A stretch of 64,000 nt of DNA from an uncultured Acidobacteriota bacterium (GTDB lineage: Bacteria > Acidobacteriota > Thermoanaerobaculia > Gp7-AA8). Location: contig CAWGHO010000001.1 in assembly GCA_963822445.1 (NCBI GenBank), positions 256,001-320,000 on the forward strand, given 5' to 3'. Under the pieces are notes generated by a model, which was not told where the DNA came from, made no database searches, and saw only the letters and a program-made list of their open reading frames with translations. Shown here one piece after another: positions 40,345 to 49,837 of the stretch; the first letter of the stretch is position 1; each line of letters starts with the position of its first letter. The position numbers and the translations under genes were made by a program.

Positions 40345-43239
40345 ATGATCCGAAAAAACCTCGCCCTTCTCGCGTTCACCCTGTTTCTCGCCGCGCCCGT
40401 TTTCGGTCAGACGTTCGTCTTCGATCTGCGCGGGAGCCAGGAAGTCCCGCCCGTTCCCAGCACCGCCACGGGCGGGTGTTACGGCGAGCTCAATCAGGGA
40501 GCCGCGACGTTCGCCATGACGTGCGTGCACAACGTCGTAAGCGCGACGGTCATGCACATCCATCGCGCCCCAGCCGGAGCGAACGGGCCGGTCGCCTTCG
40601 ACATGGGCGATCCCTCGAGCGGCTTCGTCAGCGCGACCTGGACGGGCATGACCCCGGCGGACATCGCCGAGCTGCTAGCCGGCAGTCTGTACGTGAACAT
40701 CCACACCGCCGGCCGGCCTGCCGGCGAGATCCGCGGACAGATTCTTCCGCGCACCATCGACACGGTGGCGTTCACCGCGGATGGGTCACAGGTCGTACCT
40801 CCCGGTGCCTCATCGGGCACGGCGAACTGCACGGCCAACCTGAATGACCCCGCGACCGCGCTGGACATCCAATGCACGCACAACGTGACCTCGCCGAACG
40901 CCGCGCACGTGCATGAGGCGCCGTTCGGCGTGAACGGTCCGATCGTCTTCACCTTCCCCAGCCCGGCCTCGCCTCTGAGCGCGAGCGTGCCCATGACGGC
41001 GCGGCTCATCGCGGATTTCGCGGCGACCTTCCTCTACCTCGACATTCACGCCGGAACGTCGGAAGAAGACGCTCAGGAGATCCGCGGCCAAATCGGACTG
41101 CCGCCGGCGGGCGCGTCGACGGGCACGGTCATCATCGAGAAAGCGACGTTCCCCGCGGGCGGCGCGAATTTCGGGTTCACGCAGACCATCACCGCGGTGC
41201 CATTCGTCCTCAACGACGGCCAGACCCAGACGTTTTCCAGCGTTTCTCCCGGCACGTACACCGTGACCGAAAACGATCCATCGTCGGGCGGATACACGCT
41301 CGCCGACGTCTCCTGCGACGATGCCGACAGCTCGGGCAACGTGGCCACGCGCACGGCGACGATTCAGGTCGCCGGCGGTGAAACGATCCGTTGCACGTTC
41401 CGCAACTTCGAGACCGCGCCCACCGATCAGCTCTTCGTCTTTCACCTCTCCGGCGATCAGGAAGTGCCGCCGATCGCGACTGCGGAGCGCGGCGGATGCA
41501 TGGGGCGGTTCGATGCCGTCGCCAGCGAGCTTTCGCTGGTCTGCACGCACAACGTCGACCTGCCGACGGTGATGCACATTCACCGCGCGCCCGCCGGCGC
41601 CAACGGCCCGATCGCGTTCGACATGGGCGAGCCGACCAGCCCCGTCATCGCGACCTGGAGCGGCATGACTCCGGCCGACGTCTCGGACCTCCTCGGCGGC
41701 AACCTGTACGTCAACATCCACACCGCAGGCCGGCCGGCGGGCATCATCCGCGGACAGATCCTCACGCGCACGGTCGACATGGTGGCCTTCACCGCCGATT
41801 CGACCCAGGTCGTGCCGCCGGGAACGAACTCCGCGACCGCGAATTGCACGGCGGACCTGAGCAACAACGCCGACAACCTGGCCATCTCCTGCACGCACAC
41901 CCTGGCCGCGCCCGATTCCGCGCACGTTCATCAGGGCGAGCGGGGAACGAATGGTCCGACGGTGTTCACCTTCGCTTCGCCGGCCAGCCCGATCAACCAG
42001 AGCATGCCCTTGACTCCGCGCCTGGTCGCGGACTTTGCGGCGGAGCTGCTCTACCTCGACATCCATACCGCCGGCGGCGAAGAAGCGTCCCCGCAGGAGA
42101 TTCGCGGCCAGATCGCGACTCCGCTCGTGGTCGTCACCACCGGCACGATCCGCATCCGCAAGGCCACTTCTCCCGCGGGCGGCACCGGCTTCGGATTCAC
42201 CGACAACATCCCTGGCTCCGGCGCGTTCACGCTCAACGACGGCGGCGTGCACACGGTTCTGAACGTGCCCGCCGGCACGTACACGATCACGGAGAGCGCA
42301 ACTCCGGGATACGCGCTGACGGACATCCGCTGCGGCGACAACGACAGCGTCGGCAATCCGTTCACGCGAACGGCGACCGCGAACCTGCAGGCCGGCGAAA
42401 CGGTCGACTGCACGTTCACGAATCTGCGCAACGTCGCTGCGCCGGCGCCGACCCTCTTCGTGTTTCACCTCTCCGGCGATCAGGAAGTACCCCCGACCAA
42501 CTCCACCGCGCGCGGCGGCTGCTTCGGCCAGCTCGATCAGGCCGCGAGCACGTTCTCGCTGGTGTGCACCCACAACGTCGTCGGCGCCTCGATCACGCAC
42601 ATCCATCGCGCCCCCGCCGGCGCGAACGGCCCCATCGCCTTCGACCTCGGCGACCCGGCCAGCCCCATCGAAGCGACGTGGACGGGCATGACGCCCGCCG
42701 AGATCGCCGATCTGCTCGCCGGCAATTTCTACGTCAACATCCACACCAGCGGCCGCCCGGGCGGCGAGATCCGCGGCCAGATCCTGCCGCGCACCGTCGA
42801 CACCTTCTCGTTCACAGCGGACGGCAGCCAGGAAGTGCCGCCGACCGATTCGACGGCAACCGGCACCTGCGGCGCCGACCTCTCCGACAACGCGTTCTCG
42901 GTGTTCGTCCAGTGCTCGCACAACGTCGACGACATCACCGACATCCATCTGCACGACGCGCCGCCGGGCATCGACGGGCCGATCATCTTCAACTTCCCGA
43001 GCACGAACACCTTCAGTGGTGACGTTCCGCTCACGCCGCGCCTCATCGCTGATTTCGCGGCGGGCTTCCTCTACGTGAACATCCACTCGGTCGATTACGA
43101 CACGGGCGAGATTCGCGGACAGCTTCTCGGTCCCGCATTGCCCGCCGTCAACCTGGCGGTCGTGCCGACGGCCAGCGAGTGGGCGCTGATCCTGATGGCT
43201 CTGGGACTGCTGCTCGTGGCTTCGCGGCGCTTGATCTGA
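40345..43239 (+). CDS. Surface protein with six CHRD domains, two Ig/prealbumin-like domains and IPTL-CTERM tail
   Basis: Signal peptide. Six repeats of Q(E/V)VPP...H(I/V/L)H...G..GP...Y(VN/LD)IH...IRGQ. Two PGTYTVTE/AGTYTITE...CTFxN domains. Tail VPTASEWALILMALGLLLVASRRLI. Confidence 0.88.
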   Translation: MIRKNLALLAFTLFLAAPVFGQTFVFDLRGSQEVPPVPSTATGGCYGELNQGAATFAMTCVHNVVSATVMHIHRAPAGANGPVAFDMGDPSSGFVSATWTGMTPADIAELLAGSLYVNIHTAGRPAGEIRGQILPRTIDTVAFTADGSQVVPPGASSGTANCTANLNDPATALDIQCTHNVTSPNAAHVHEAPFGVNGPIVFTFPSPASPLSASVPMTARLIADFAATFLYLDIHAGTSEEDAQEIRGQIGLPPAGASTGTVIIEKATFPAGGANFGFTQTITAVPFVLNDGQTQTFSSVSPGTYTVTENDPSSGGYTLADVSCDDADSSGNVATRTATIQVAGGETIRCTFRNFETAPTDQLFVFHLSGDQEVPPIATAERGGCMGRFDAVASELSLVCTHNVDLPTVMHIHRAPAGANGPIAFDMGEPTSPVIATWSGMTPADVSDLLGGNLYVNIHTAGRPAGIIRGQILTRTVDMVAFTADSTQVVPPGTNSATANCTADLSNNADNLAISCTHTLAAPDSAHVHQGERGTNGPTVFTFASPASPINQSMPLTPRLVADFAAELLYLDIHTAGGEEASPQEIRGQIATPLVVVTTGTIRIRKATSPAGGTGFGFTDNIPGSGAFTLNDGGVHTVLNVPAGTYTITESATPGYALTDIRCGDNDSVGNPFTRTATANLQAGETVDCTFTNLRNVAAPAPTLFVFHLSGDQEVPPTNSTARGGCFGQLDQAASTFSLVCTHNVVGASITHIHRAPAGANGPIAFDLGDPASPIEATWTGMTPAEIADLLAGNFYVNIHTSGRPGGEIRGQILPRTVDTFSFTADGSQEVPPTDSTATGTCGADLSDNAFSVFVQCSHNVDDITDIHLHDAPPGIDGPIIFNFPSTNTFSGDVPLTPRLIADFAAGFLYVNIHSVDYDTGEIRGQLLGPALPAVNLAVVPTASEWALILMALGLLLVASRRLI

Positions 43240-43240
43240 T

Positions 43241-43969
43241 TCAAAGCGGCAGGTGGGCGCGTGTCGAAAGCCACGCGCCCAATACCTCGCCGATGATGAC
43301 CGCGACGACGTCGACGTAGAGGATGCCCGTCGCGGCCATCGTCGAGCGCAGCTTCACCGTTCCCCAGACCATCGGATAGAGCGCGAGCGGACCGAGAAGG
43401 CCCCAGCCGGCGCGCATCCAGAAGAAGATGTCCTTCATCGCGTGAGGCACGAGGGCGACGACTCCCGCGACGAGGAGCACCTTCGCAATCGCCGCGACCA
43501 GCGTGGCAATGGTCAGCCGTTTCAGCGGATCGATGGCCATTCCTCGTACGACGAGGTACCAGTGGCCGAGGATCATGGCCAGGTTGACGCTGCCGAGGAG
43601 GGCAACGGAGGTGAGCGCGCCGATGATGCTCCAGGCGATGTGCGACGGACGAACAGCGGCGTGATACGCGGCGATCGCGGCGATGACGTACGCGACGCCG
43701 AGCAACACCGCGGACGCGCGGAAGATCAACCGCTTCGGATAACGCAGCACGAGGTAGACGAGAACCGTCAGGGCCACGATCGCGCCGTCGGCAACGGCGA
43801 GATCACGGCGTGCTGCCATCAGATGCGCGATCGCGGCGCTCAAAGCCAGCGCGCCGCCGATCAGGAAGATCATCCGGTAGAACTTCACGCCCGCGTTGCG
43901 GCGGCCGACCAGCGGCAGGAACAGATAGAGTCCGGCCGCGAGATCGATCAGGAAGAGTGCGAGGAGCAT
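43241..43969 (-). CDS. Hypothetical polytopic membrane protein
   Basis: About 8 TM helices, AMILGHWYL and STMAATGILY motifs. Confidence 0.7.
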   Translation of the reverse strand: MLLALFLIDLAAGLYLFLPLVGRRNAGVKFYRMIFLIGGALALSAAIAHLMAARRDLAVADGAIVALTVLVYLVLRYPKRLIFRASAVLLGVAYVIAAIAAYHAAVRPSHIAWSIIGALTSVALLGSVNLAMILGHWYLVVRGMAIDPLKRLTIATLVAAIAKVLLVAGVVALVPHAMKDIFFWMRAGWGLLGPLALYPMVWGTVKLRSTMAATGILYVDVVAVIIGEVLGAWLSTRAHLPL

Positions 43970-43992
43970 GCGACGGCGCGCATGGTAATGCG

Positions 43993-44841
43993 TCAGGCCG
44001 TGCCGATGCGGTTGATTCGCGCGCGGATGGTCATGTCCAGACGAAGCTCGGTCAGCTCTTCGAGCAACACCGCCGCGGTCTGCGTGCGATCGAAGACGCT
44101 CTTGCGCATCGCCTTGGTCACGATCTGATGCAGGCCGAGCGGCACGGACGGCGGCAGTGGCAGCGGCTCGCGCTCGACGATGGCCGCGAGCACGTCCATG
44201 ACGTCGTTCCCCTCGAACGGCGCCTGCTGGGCGAGCATCTCGTACAGAACGACGCCGAGGCTGTAGATGTCGGAGCGGGTGTCGATGATCGGTTCGCCGC
44301 GGACCTGTTCCGGCGAGAGGTAGTACAGCGTCCCAACGAGCGGCCGACGGAGCGGGTCGGTTTCATCGGCACCGCCGGCCAGCGTTGCCACGCCGAAGTC
44401 GAGGACTTTCACGCAGCGATCGCGCCGGAGCATGATGTTCTCCGGCTTGACGTCGCGGTGAACGATCCACGATTCATGTGCGGCGACGAGCGCGTTGGCG
44501 ACGCCGATCGCCGTATCGAGCACTTCCTCGACGGGCATCGGGCCGCGATACATCCGCTGCCGCAGGGTGTCCCCTTCGACGTATTCGGTGGCGATGAACT
44601 GCACGTCGTCGTGGCTTCCGACGTCGAGGATGGTGACGATGTTGGGATGGTTGAGCATCGCCGCGCAGCGCAGCTCGCGGTCGAAATGGCGGATGTCGCG
44701 ATCGGCGGCGTCGCTGCGGCGCAGGACCTTCAGCGCGACCTTCCGCCGCATGACCGTGTCCTCAGCGAGATAGACCTCGGACGACCCGCCTCCGCCGAGG
44801 TGCTGAAGAAGGCGGTACTTGCCCACACGTAAGACACTCAT
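43993..44841 (-). CDS. Hanks-type Ser/Thr protein kinase (kinase domain only)
   Basis: GGGGSSEVY, VALK, HRDVKPEN, DFG, YLSPEQ, SDIYSLG. Confidence 0.93.
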   Translation of the reverse strand: MSVLRVGKYRLLQHLGGGGSSEVYLAEDTVMRRKVALKVLRRSDAADRDIRHFDRELRCAAMLNHPNIVTILDVGSHDDVQFIATEYVEGDTLRQRMYRGPMPVEEVLDTAIGVANALVAAHESWIVHRDVKPENIMLRRDRCVKVLDFGVATLAGGADETDPLRRPLVGTLYYLSPEQVRGEPIIDTRSDIYSLGVVLYEMLAQQAPFEGNDVMDVLAAIVEREPLPLPPSVPLGLHQIVTKAMRKSVFDRTQTAAVLLEELTELRLDMTIRARINRIGTA

Positions 44842-44938
44842 GGATTTGAGCTGGGCACGGTACAGGTTCGCCCCCTCCACGTCGTGTGACGCTGCTCACT
44901 GCCCGAACGGGCACGCATGATGAACGACCCTCGATGCG

Positions 44939-45190
44939 ATGAGCGACCACTGGCAGATGGTTACCAGCCTTCCAACGCCTCTTACCGTCAACAATCGCGA
45001 GTGGCACGTGCGTGTCGAAGGCGTCGAGCGCGATGACGGCACCTGGGCCGGACGGATCGTCTTCGCCGACGGCACGAGCATCCGCGTGACCGATCGCGAG
45101 ACCAGCCAGCCCAATCGGGACGCCCTTGGGTACTGGGCCACGGGGCTGGAGGCGGTGTATCTCGAGGGTGCGCTGGGACGAGCGCGTTAG
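44939..45190 (+). CDS. Small hypothetical protein
   Basis: 83-aa ORF with protein-like composition (DGTWAGRIVF, ETSQPNR, YWATGL..YLEGAL). Confidence 0.65.
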   Translation: MSDHWQMVTSLPTPLTVNNREWHVRVEGVERDDGTWAGRIVFADGTSIRVTDRETSQPNRDALGYWATGLEAVYLEGALGRAR

Positions 45191-46089
45191 CGAACCACTT
45201 CGCTGGCCCGCACGAGCCGGAATCCCCGCGCCTTCAACCCCGGCAACACGTCGGCAAGCACCCGCAAGGTCACCGGATACGGATGACCGATCCCGATGGC
45301 CACGCCTCGCTCGTTAGCCGCATCGGCGAGATTCTGAAGCTGCTTCCGCACATTCGACTCGGTGGCGACGTCATCGAGGAACACGTGACGCGTCGCCGTG
45401 GGAACGTTCAACTCCCGGGCAACATCCGCGGCGATGGATCCGCCCGTGGTTCGCGAGTCGATGAAGTACATCCCCGGCGGCAGTGCGCCGATCACGCCGT
45501 TCATGACCCGGCGATCCATCGTCGCCCGCGAGCCCATGTGATTATTCACGCCCCGGGCGTGGGGAATGGCCTCGACGTTCGCGCGCGTGGCACGGGCGAT
45601 CTCATCGTCGGACATGGACGTGAGGATCGCGTTCGCACCCGGCGTCTCGCGCCCCTTCGGTTCCATCGGCAGGTGACAAAGGATCTCGAATCCGCGCGCA
45701 TTCAGTTTCTCTGCGAACTCCGCCGCCCGCGTGCCATTGGGAAGGATGGCCACGTTGACGTTCGGATCGAGGGTCATCACCCGGTCGAGGGGCTGACCGT
45801 CGAAGCCGAGGTCGTCGATGATCAAGACGATCCGTGCTCCGCCTCGCGCGTTAATGGGCTTGCGGGGCGTTTCGGGTTTCGGCGCGATCGTCGCGGCCTG
45901 GGATGTTGTTGGTTGCGGGGTTACGGGGTTTCGAGGTTTCGAGGTGGTGGCTGCTTCGGGTTCCGGTTCACCTCGTAACCCCGCAACCTCGTAACCCCGT
46001 AACACCAGGAAGATAGCGAGTCCCGCGACTGGTACCAATGTCAGCAGCGCAATCGTTTTGAACGAACTTCTTCGTTCATCCGGACTCAC
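45187..46089 (-). CDS. Divergent polysaccharide deacetylase family (YibQ-like) protein
   Basis: LIIDDLG, HLPMEP, GVNNHMGS, FIDSRT, VFLDD, AIGIGHP, N-terminal TM helix. Confidence 0.92.
   Translation of the reverse strand: MSPDERRSSFKTIALLTLVPVAGLAIFLVLRGYEVAGLRGEPEPEAATTSKPRNPVTPQPTTSQAATIAPKPETPRKPINARGGARIVLIIDDLGFDGQPLDRVMTLDPNVNVAILPNGTRAAEFAEKLNARGFEILCHLPMEPKGRETPGANAILTSMSDDEIARATRANVEAIPHARGVNNHMGSRATMDRRVMNGVIGALPPGMYFIDSRTTGGSIAADVARELNVPTATRHVFLDDVATESNVRKQLQNLADAANERGVAIGIGHPYPVTLRVLADVLPGLKARGFRLVRASEVVR
45911..46003. repeat. Inverted blocks of the octamer repeat within the coding linker
   Basis: ggttgcggggttacggggtttcgaggtttcgaggt ... acctcgtaaccccgcaacctcgtaaccccgtaac. Encodes RGYEVAGLRG and KPRNPVTPQP. 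Confidence 0.8.
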
Positions 46090-46820
46090 TTCGTGAACGC
46101 CCCCGCCGGTACCTCGGACGACACGGTCACGTCATCGAGGCGGATGAACTGGCCGCGGCCTTTGAACTCGCGGCGCGTGGAAAGCATCAGACCGCCGATG
46201 CGCCGGTAGTTCTGGAACAGCACCACCGACGGCGGATCCTCGGGCTTCGATCCTTCGAGCTTCATGTGCCACTCGTCGATGAGGCCCGTGTCCTTGTTGA
46301 TCCACATCCAGTACACGTCGCCGGGCGTGAGGCCGACTCTGTCGAACGACAGGCGGACCACCTCGTGCGCGCGGCCGCAGGCGTCGGTCTTCTCGCCGTC
46401 GTAGGTCCGGGTCACGCCGGGATCGAACGCCTTGAAGCCCATCAGCAGCCAGTAGACGTCGTTGATGAAGCGGCGGTAGCCGAAGGTCAGCAGCTCGGAC
46501 GGATCGGTCATTTCCTCGCCGTTTTTCCAGGCCCGCCCCTGCTTCGTGTTCACGTTCATGATCACGTCGACCTCCTGACCCTCGCGGTTCTTGCCGGAGA
46601 CGCGGTAGTCGCCGGTGAAGCGGTCGTAGCGCTGGGGATAGGAGACGGCAATCTTCCCGTCCCGCTCGACGTTGAACGAGAACGCGAAGTAGCGGGCCTG
46701 ATCCCAAGCCGGTCCGGCGAGCACGTCCATTGCACGGCGGGCGGCATCATCGGCGGTAGGCTGTCCGAGAGCGGCAGAAGCAGTGAGCAGAGCGAAGACG
46801 AGTGCACGAAACGACTTCAT
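46086..46820 (-). CDS. Hypothetical exported protein (LolA-like beta fold possible)
   Basis: Signal peptide, FINDVYWLLM, GLTPGDVYW. Stop overlaps next start. Confidence 0.75.
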   Translation of the reverse strand: MKSFRALVFALLTASAALGQPTADDAARRAMDVLAGPAWDQARYFAFSFNVERDGKIAVSYPQRYDRFTGDYRVSGKNREGQEVDVIMNVNTKQGRAWKNGEEMTDPSELLTFGYRRFINDVYWLLMGFKAFDPGVTRTYDGEKTDACGRAHEVVRLSFDRVGLTPGDVYWMWINKDTGLIDEWHMKLEGSKPEDPPSVVLFQNYRRIGGLMLSTRREFKGRGQFIRLDDVTVSSEVPAGAFTK

Positions 46821-46826
46821 GGGAAC

Positions 46827-46933
46827 AGTTTATCCCGCGCGCAGACGCGGGATCTCTTCGCGCACTTAGATAGTCCGAGCCACGATCCGCGTTCGTGCAC
46901 CGGGAGATCCCGCGTCTGCGCGCGGGATAAACT
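46827..46933. repeat. Palindromic MITE/REP-like element with perfect 30-bp terminal inverted repeats
   Basis: agtttatcccgcgcgcagacgcgggatctc (46827-46856) / gagatcccgcgtctgcgcgcgggataaact (46904-46933). Confidence 0.85.
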
Positions 46934-46955
46934 CCAAAATCAACGTAACCCGAAC

Positions 46956-48203
46956 ATGACCAGCGAACGAATCGTGATTACCGGCATCGGCGCGCTGTCG
47001 CCGAATGGCATCGGACGGGAGGCGTATTTCGACGCCGTGAAGCAGGGCCGCAGCGGCATCCGCGCGATCACCCAGTTCGATCCGTCCGCCCTCCCCTGCC
47101 GCATCGCCGGCGAAGTGGACTTCGACCCGGCGAAGTGGGTCGACGCGAAGAATCTGCGGCACGTCTCGCGCGTGGTGCCGATGGCCATCGCCGCCGCGGA
47201 CGAGGCCATGCGCGACGCGAAGCTCGACCCGAGCGCCGTCGATCTCGAAACGCGCCGGCAGATGGCGGTGATGCTCGGCTCCGGCGGCGGCGCGGTGGAG
47301 TTCAGCGAGCGGATGTACGAGCTCTGGTACAAGGGCGCGCTCAAACAAGCCTCGGTCTACTCCGTTCCCTCCGGCACCATCGGCACGATCGCCTCCGAGA
47401 TCTCGATGGCTTACGACCTCCACGGCTACTCGCACCTGATCTCGACCGGCTGCACGTCATCGACGGACGCCATCGGCTACGCATATCGCAATCTCAAGCT
47501 CGGCGTCTGCGATTACGTGATCACCGGCGGCGCGGACGCGACGATCACCGAGGGGGTCATGACCGGGTTCTGCATCATGCGGATCGTCACCAACTCGCAC
47601 AACGACGATCCGACCGCCGGCTCGCGTCCCTTCACCTCGAATCGCGATGGATTCGTGCTGGCCGAGGGGTCGTGGATGTTTGTCATGGAGCGGGAGTCGA
47701 CCGCGCGGGCTCGCGGCGCGCGGATTTACGCGGAAGTCGCCGGATACGCGTCGACCTGCGACGCCTACCACCGCGTGCGCATGGATGATTCCGGCGAAGA
47801 GCCTGCGCGGGCGATGTCGATGGCCATGAAGGAAGCGGCGATCGATCCGACGGACGTGCAGTACGTGAACTATCACGGCACGTCGACCGATCTGAACGAT
47901 CGCATCGAGACCCGCGCCGTGAAACTGGCCTTCGGAAAACATGCGACGAAGCTCGCCGGGTCAGCGACGAAGTCGATGATCGGCCATCCCCAGGGCGCGT
48001 GCGGCGCAGCCGGTGTGGCGGCGACGCTGATGGCGATCCGCGACGACACCCTGCCGCCGACGATCAATCTCGACACGCCCGACCCCGAGTGCGATCTCGA
48101 CTACGTCTCCGACCTCGGCCGCCGGGCGAAGATCGACGTCGCGGTGTGCAACACCATCGCCTTCGGCTCGAAGAATTCGGCGCTAGTGTTGAAGCGCGTT
48201 TAG
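46956..48203 (+). CDS. fabF: Beta-ketoacyl-ACP synthase II family
   Basis: IVITGIG, STGCTSS (Cys), HGTST and GHPQGA (His), LPPTINL, AFGSKN. Confidence 0.88.
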   Translation: MTSERIVITGIGALSPNGIGREAYFDAVKQGRSGIRAITQFDPSALPCRIAGEVDFDPAKWVDAKNLRHVSRVVPMAIAAADEAMRDAKLDPSAVDLETRRQMAVMLGSGGGAVEFSERMYELWYKGALKQASVYSVPSGTIGTIASEISMAYDLHGYSHLISTGCTSSTDAIGYAYRNLKLGVCDYVITGGADATITEGVMTGFCIMRIVTNSHNDDPTAGSRPFTSNRDGFVLAEGSWMFVMERESTARARGARIYAEVAGYASTCDAYHRVRMDDSGEEPARAMSMAMKEAAIDPTDVQYVNYHGTSTDLNDRIETRAVKLAFGKHATKLAGSATKSMIGHPQGACGAAGVAATLMAIRDDTLPPTINLDTPDPECDLDYVSDLGRRAKIDVAVCNTIAFGSKNSALVLKRV

Positions 48204-48869
48204 CACGGCCTCTTTGAACGTCCTGCTCATCGGCACTTCCCCGCCGTCGCGCAGCACGACCAGGTAATCGCCGGAGCGCGTAGTCTTCATCTCCGCGATC
48301 AAGCCGATGTTCACGATGAAGGAGCGATGCACGCGCACGAAGCGTCTGGGATCGAGACGCTGCTCGATCGCCGAGAGTGTTCCGCGCAGCAACGGGCTGA
48401 TCTTCGCCGTGTGCAGGCGGACGTAGTTGCCCGCGGCTTCGAGGAAGCGGATGTCGTCCGCGCCGATGACGGTCAGCTTGCCGTTCGAGCCGACGATGAA
48501 GCGTTCGTCGTGTGACGCTCGCCGCGGCGTCCGCGCGTGAACTCGTCGCAAGGCCTCGGACACGCGGCGCTCGTCGATAGGTTTGAGGATGTAGTCGACC
48601 GCTTCCAGCGCAAATGCCTCGACCGCGTATTCGTCGTAGGCCGTCACGAACACCACCGCGGGCGGATTCTCCAGATCGCGCACCGCGGCCAGACCGTCGA
48701 GTCCAGGCATCTCGATGTCCAGGAAGGCCACGTCCGGCTTCAGGCGGCGCATCGCTTCGGCGGCTTCGGTGCCATTCGCGCATTCGGCGACGATCTCCAC
48801 GCTGTCGCCGAGGGCGTCGCGCAACGCTTCGCGGGCCAGCGGCTCGTCATCGGCGATGAGGGCCCGCAT
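48183..48869 (-). CDS. LytTR family response regulator
   Basis: IADDEPLAR, FLDIEMP, TAYDEYA, KP, FVRVHRSFIVN. Confidence 0.95.
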   Translation of the reverse strand: MRALIADDEPLAREALRDALGDSVEIVAECANGTEAAEAMRRLKPDVAFLDIEMPGLDGLAAVRDLENPPAVVFVTAYDEYAVEAFALEAVDYILKPIDERRVSEALRRVHARTPRRASHDERFIVGSNGKLTVIGADDIRFLEAAGNYVRLHTAKISPLLRGTLSAIEQRLDPRRFVRVHRSFIVNIGLIAEMKTTRSGDYLVVLRDGGEVPMSRTFKEAVLNALQH

Positions 48870-49837
48870 CAGAGAGGGACCTCGATGCGGACGGTCTTTC
48901 CGTCGATCAGAAAGCGATGATTGTCGCCGTACAGGTTGCGCAGCCGGGAGCGTGTCGCGCCCAGCCCGATCCGCTCCTCTCCTTCACCGAACGGCGGACC
49001 GTCATCGATCACCTCGATCACCAGCCGCTTCTCCCGCCGCGCGCGAATGGTCACCGTGCCTCCGGCTTCGTTCCGCGTCGCGCCGTGCCTGACGGCGTTC
49101 TCGACGATCGGCTGCAGCATGAGCTCCGGCACGCTGCACTCATTCGCCGCGGGCTCGATGTCCCAGACGATACGCAGACGATCGCCGAAACGCACCTGCT
49201 CGATGTCGAGGTAGTGGCGCACGAGCTCGAGCTCCGCGGCGAGGGTGGTCGTCTGGCCGCCGCGGCGCAGGGCCACGCGCAGCAGCGACGCGAGGTCGCG
49301 CGTCACGCGCACCGCCGCATCGGGATCCTTCTTCACCAGCACCGCGATCGACTGCAGGGTGTTGAACAGAAAATGCGGCTGGATCTGCAGCTTGAGGATC
49401 TCCAGCTCGGCCCGAACCAGGTCGGCTTCGGCGGCGGCCCGTCGGCGCGACTCTTCCCGCAACCAGAGCAGCGCGACGATGGCGATGTAGATCAGCAGCG
49501 CGATTCCGGCGCGCTCCCAGAAGCGGTCGGCAAACGTGCGCGCGCTTCGCGTTGGATGAGCGAAGGCGAGCCACCATGCGCTGCATGCGGCATGCGCGGC
49601 GACGACGACAATCGATCCGAGAAAGAGCGAGAGCAGGCGATGCCGGCGCAGGCGAACGAGTCGATCGAGCACCGGCACCAGCGCGGCCCAGAGCAGATAC
49701 GGGACGCCCTGCCAGACCAGCAGCCTCGTGAACGGCACGTCGCGCGGAAACATCCGCCGCGCAACGAGTGCCGAGCCCAGGGCACTCACCGTTGTCGCGT
49801 ACGCGATGACGGCGAGGTCAATCCATCGCCGCTTCAA
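48869..49837 (-). CDS. LytS/YehU family sensor histidine kinase
   Basis: TM helices, QIQPHFLFNTL, QPIVENAVRHG, GLGATRSRL. TTGA overlap start. Confidence 0.92.
   Translation of the reverse strand: MKRRWIDLAVIAYATTVSALGSALVARRMFPRDVPFTRLLVWQGVPYLLWAALVPVLDRLVRLRRHRLLSLFLGSIVVVAAHAACSAWWLAFAHPTRSARTFADRFWERAGIALLIYIAIVALLWLREESRRRAAAEADLVRAELEILKLQIQPHFLFNTLQSIAVLVKKDPDAAVRVTRDLASLLRVALRRGGQTTTLAAELELVRHYLDIEQVRFGDRLRIVWDIEPAANECSVPELMLQPIVENAVRHGATRNEAGGTVTIRARREKRLVIEVIDDGPPFGEGEERIGLGATRSRLRNLYGDNHRFLIDGKTVRIEVPL

Noticed and set aside
40400-43130. DNA repeats as mobile element or diversity-generating target
   Set aside because: They are diverged in-frame domain duplications. No reverse transcriptase or adenine-specific variation was seen.
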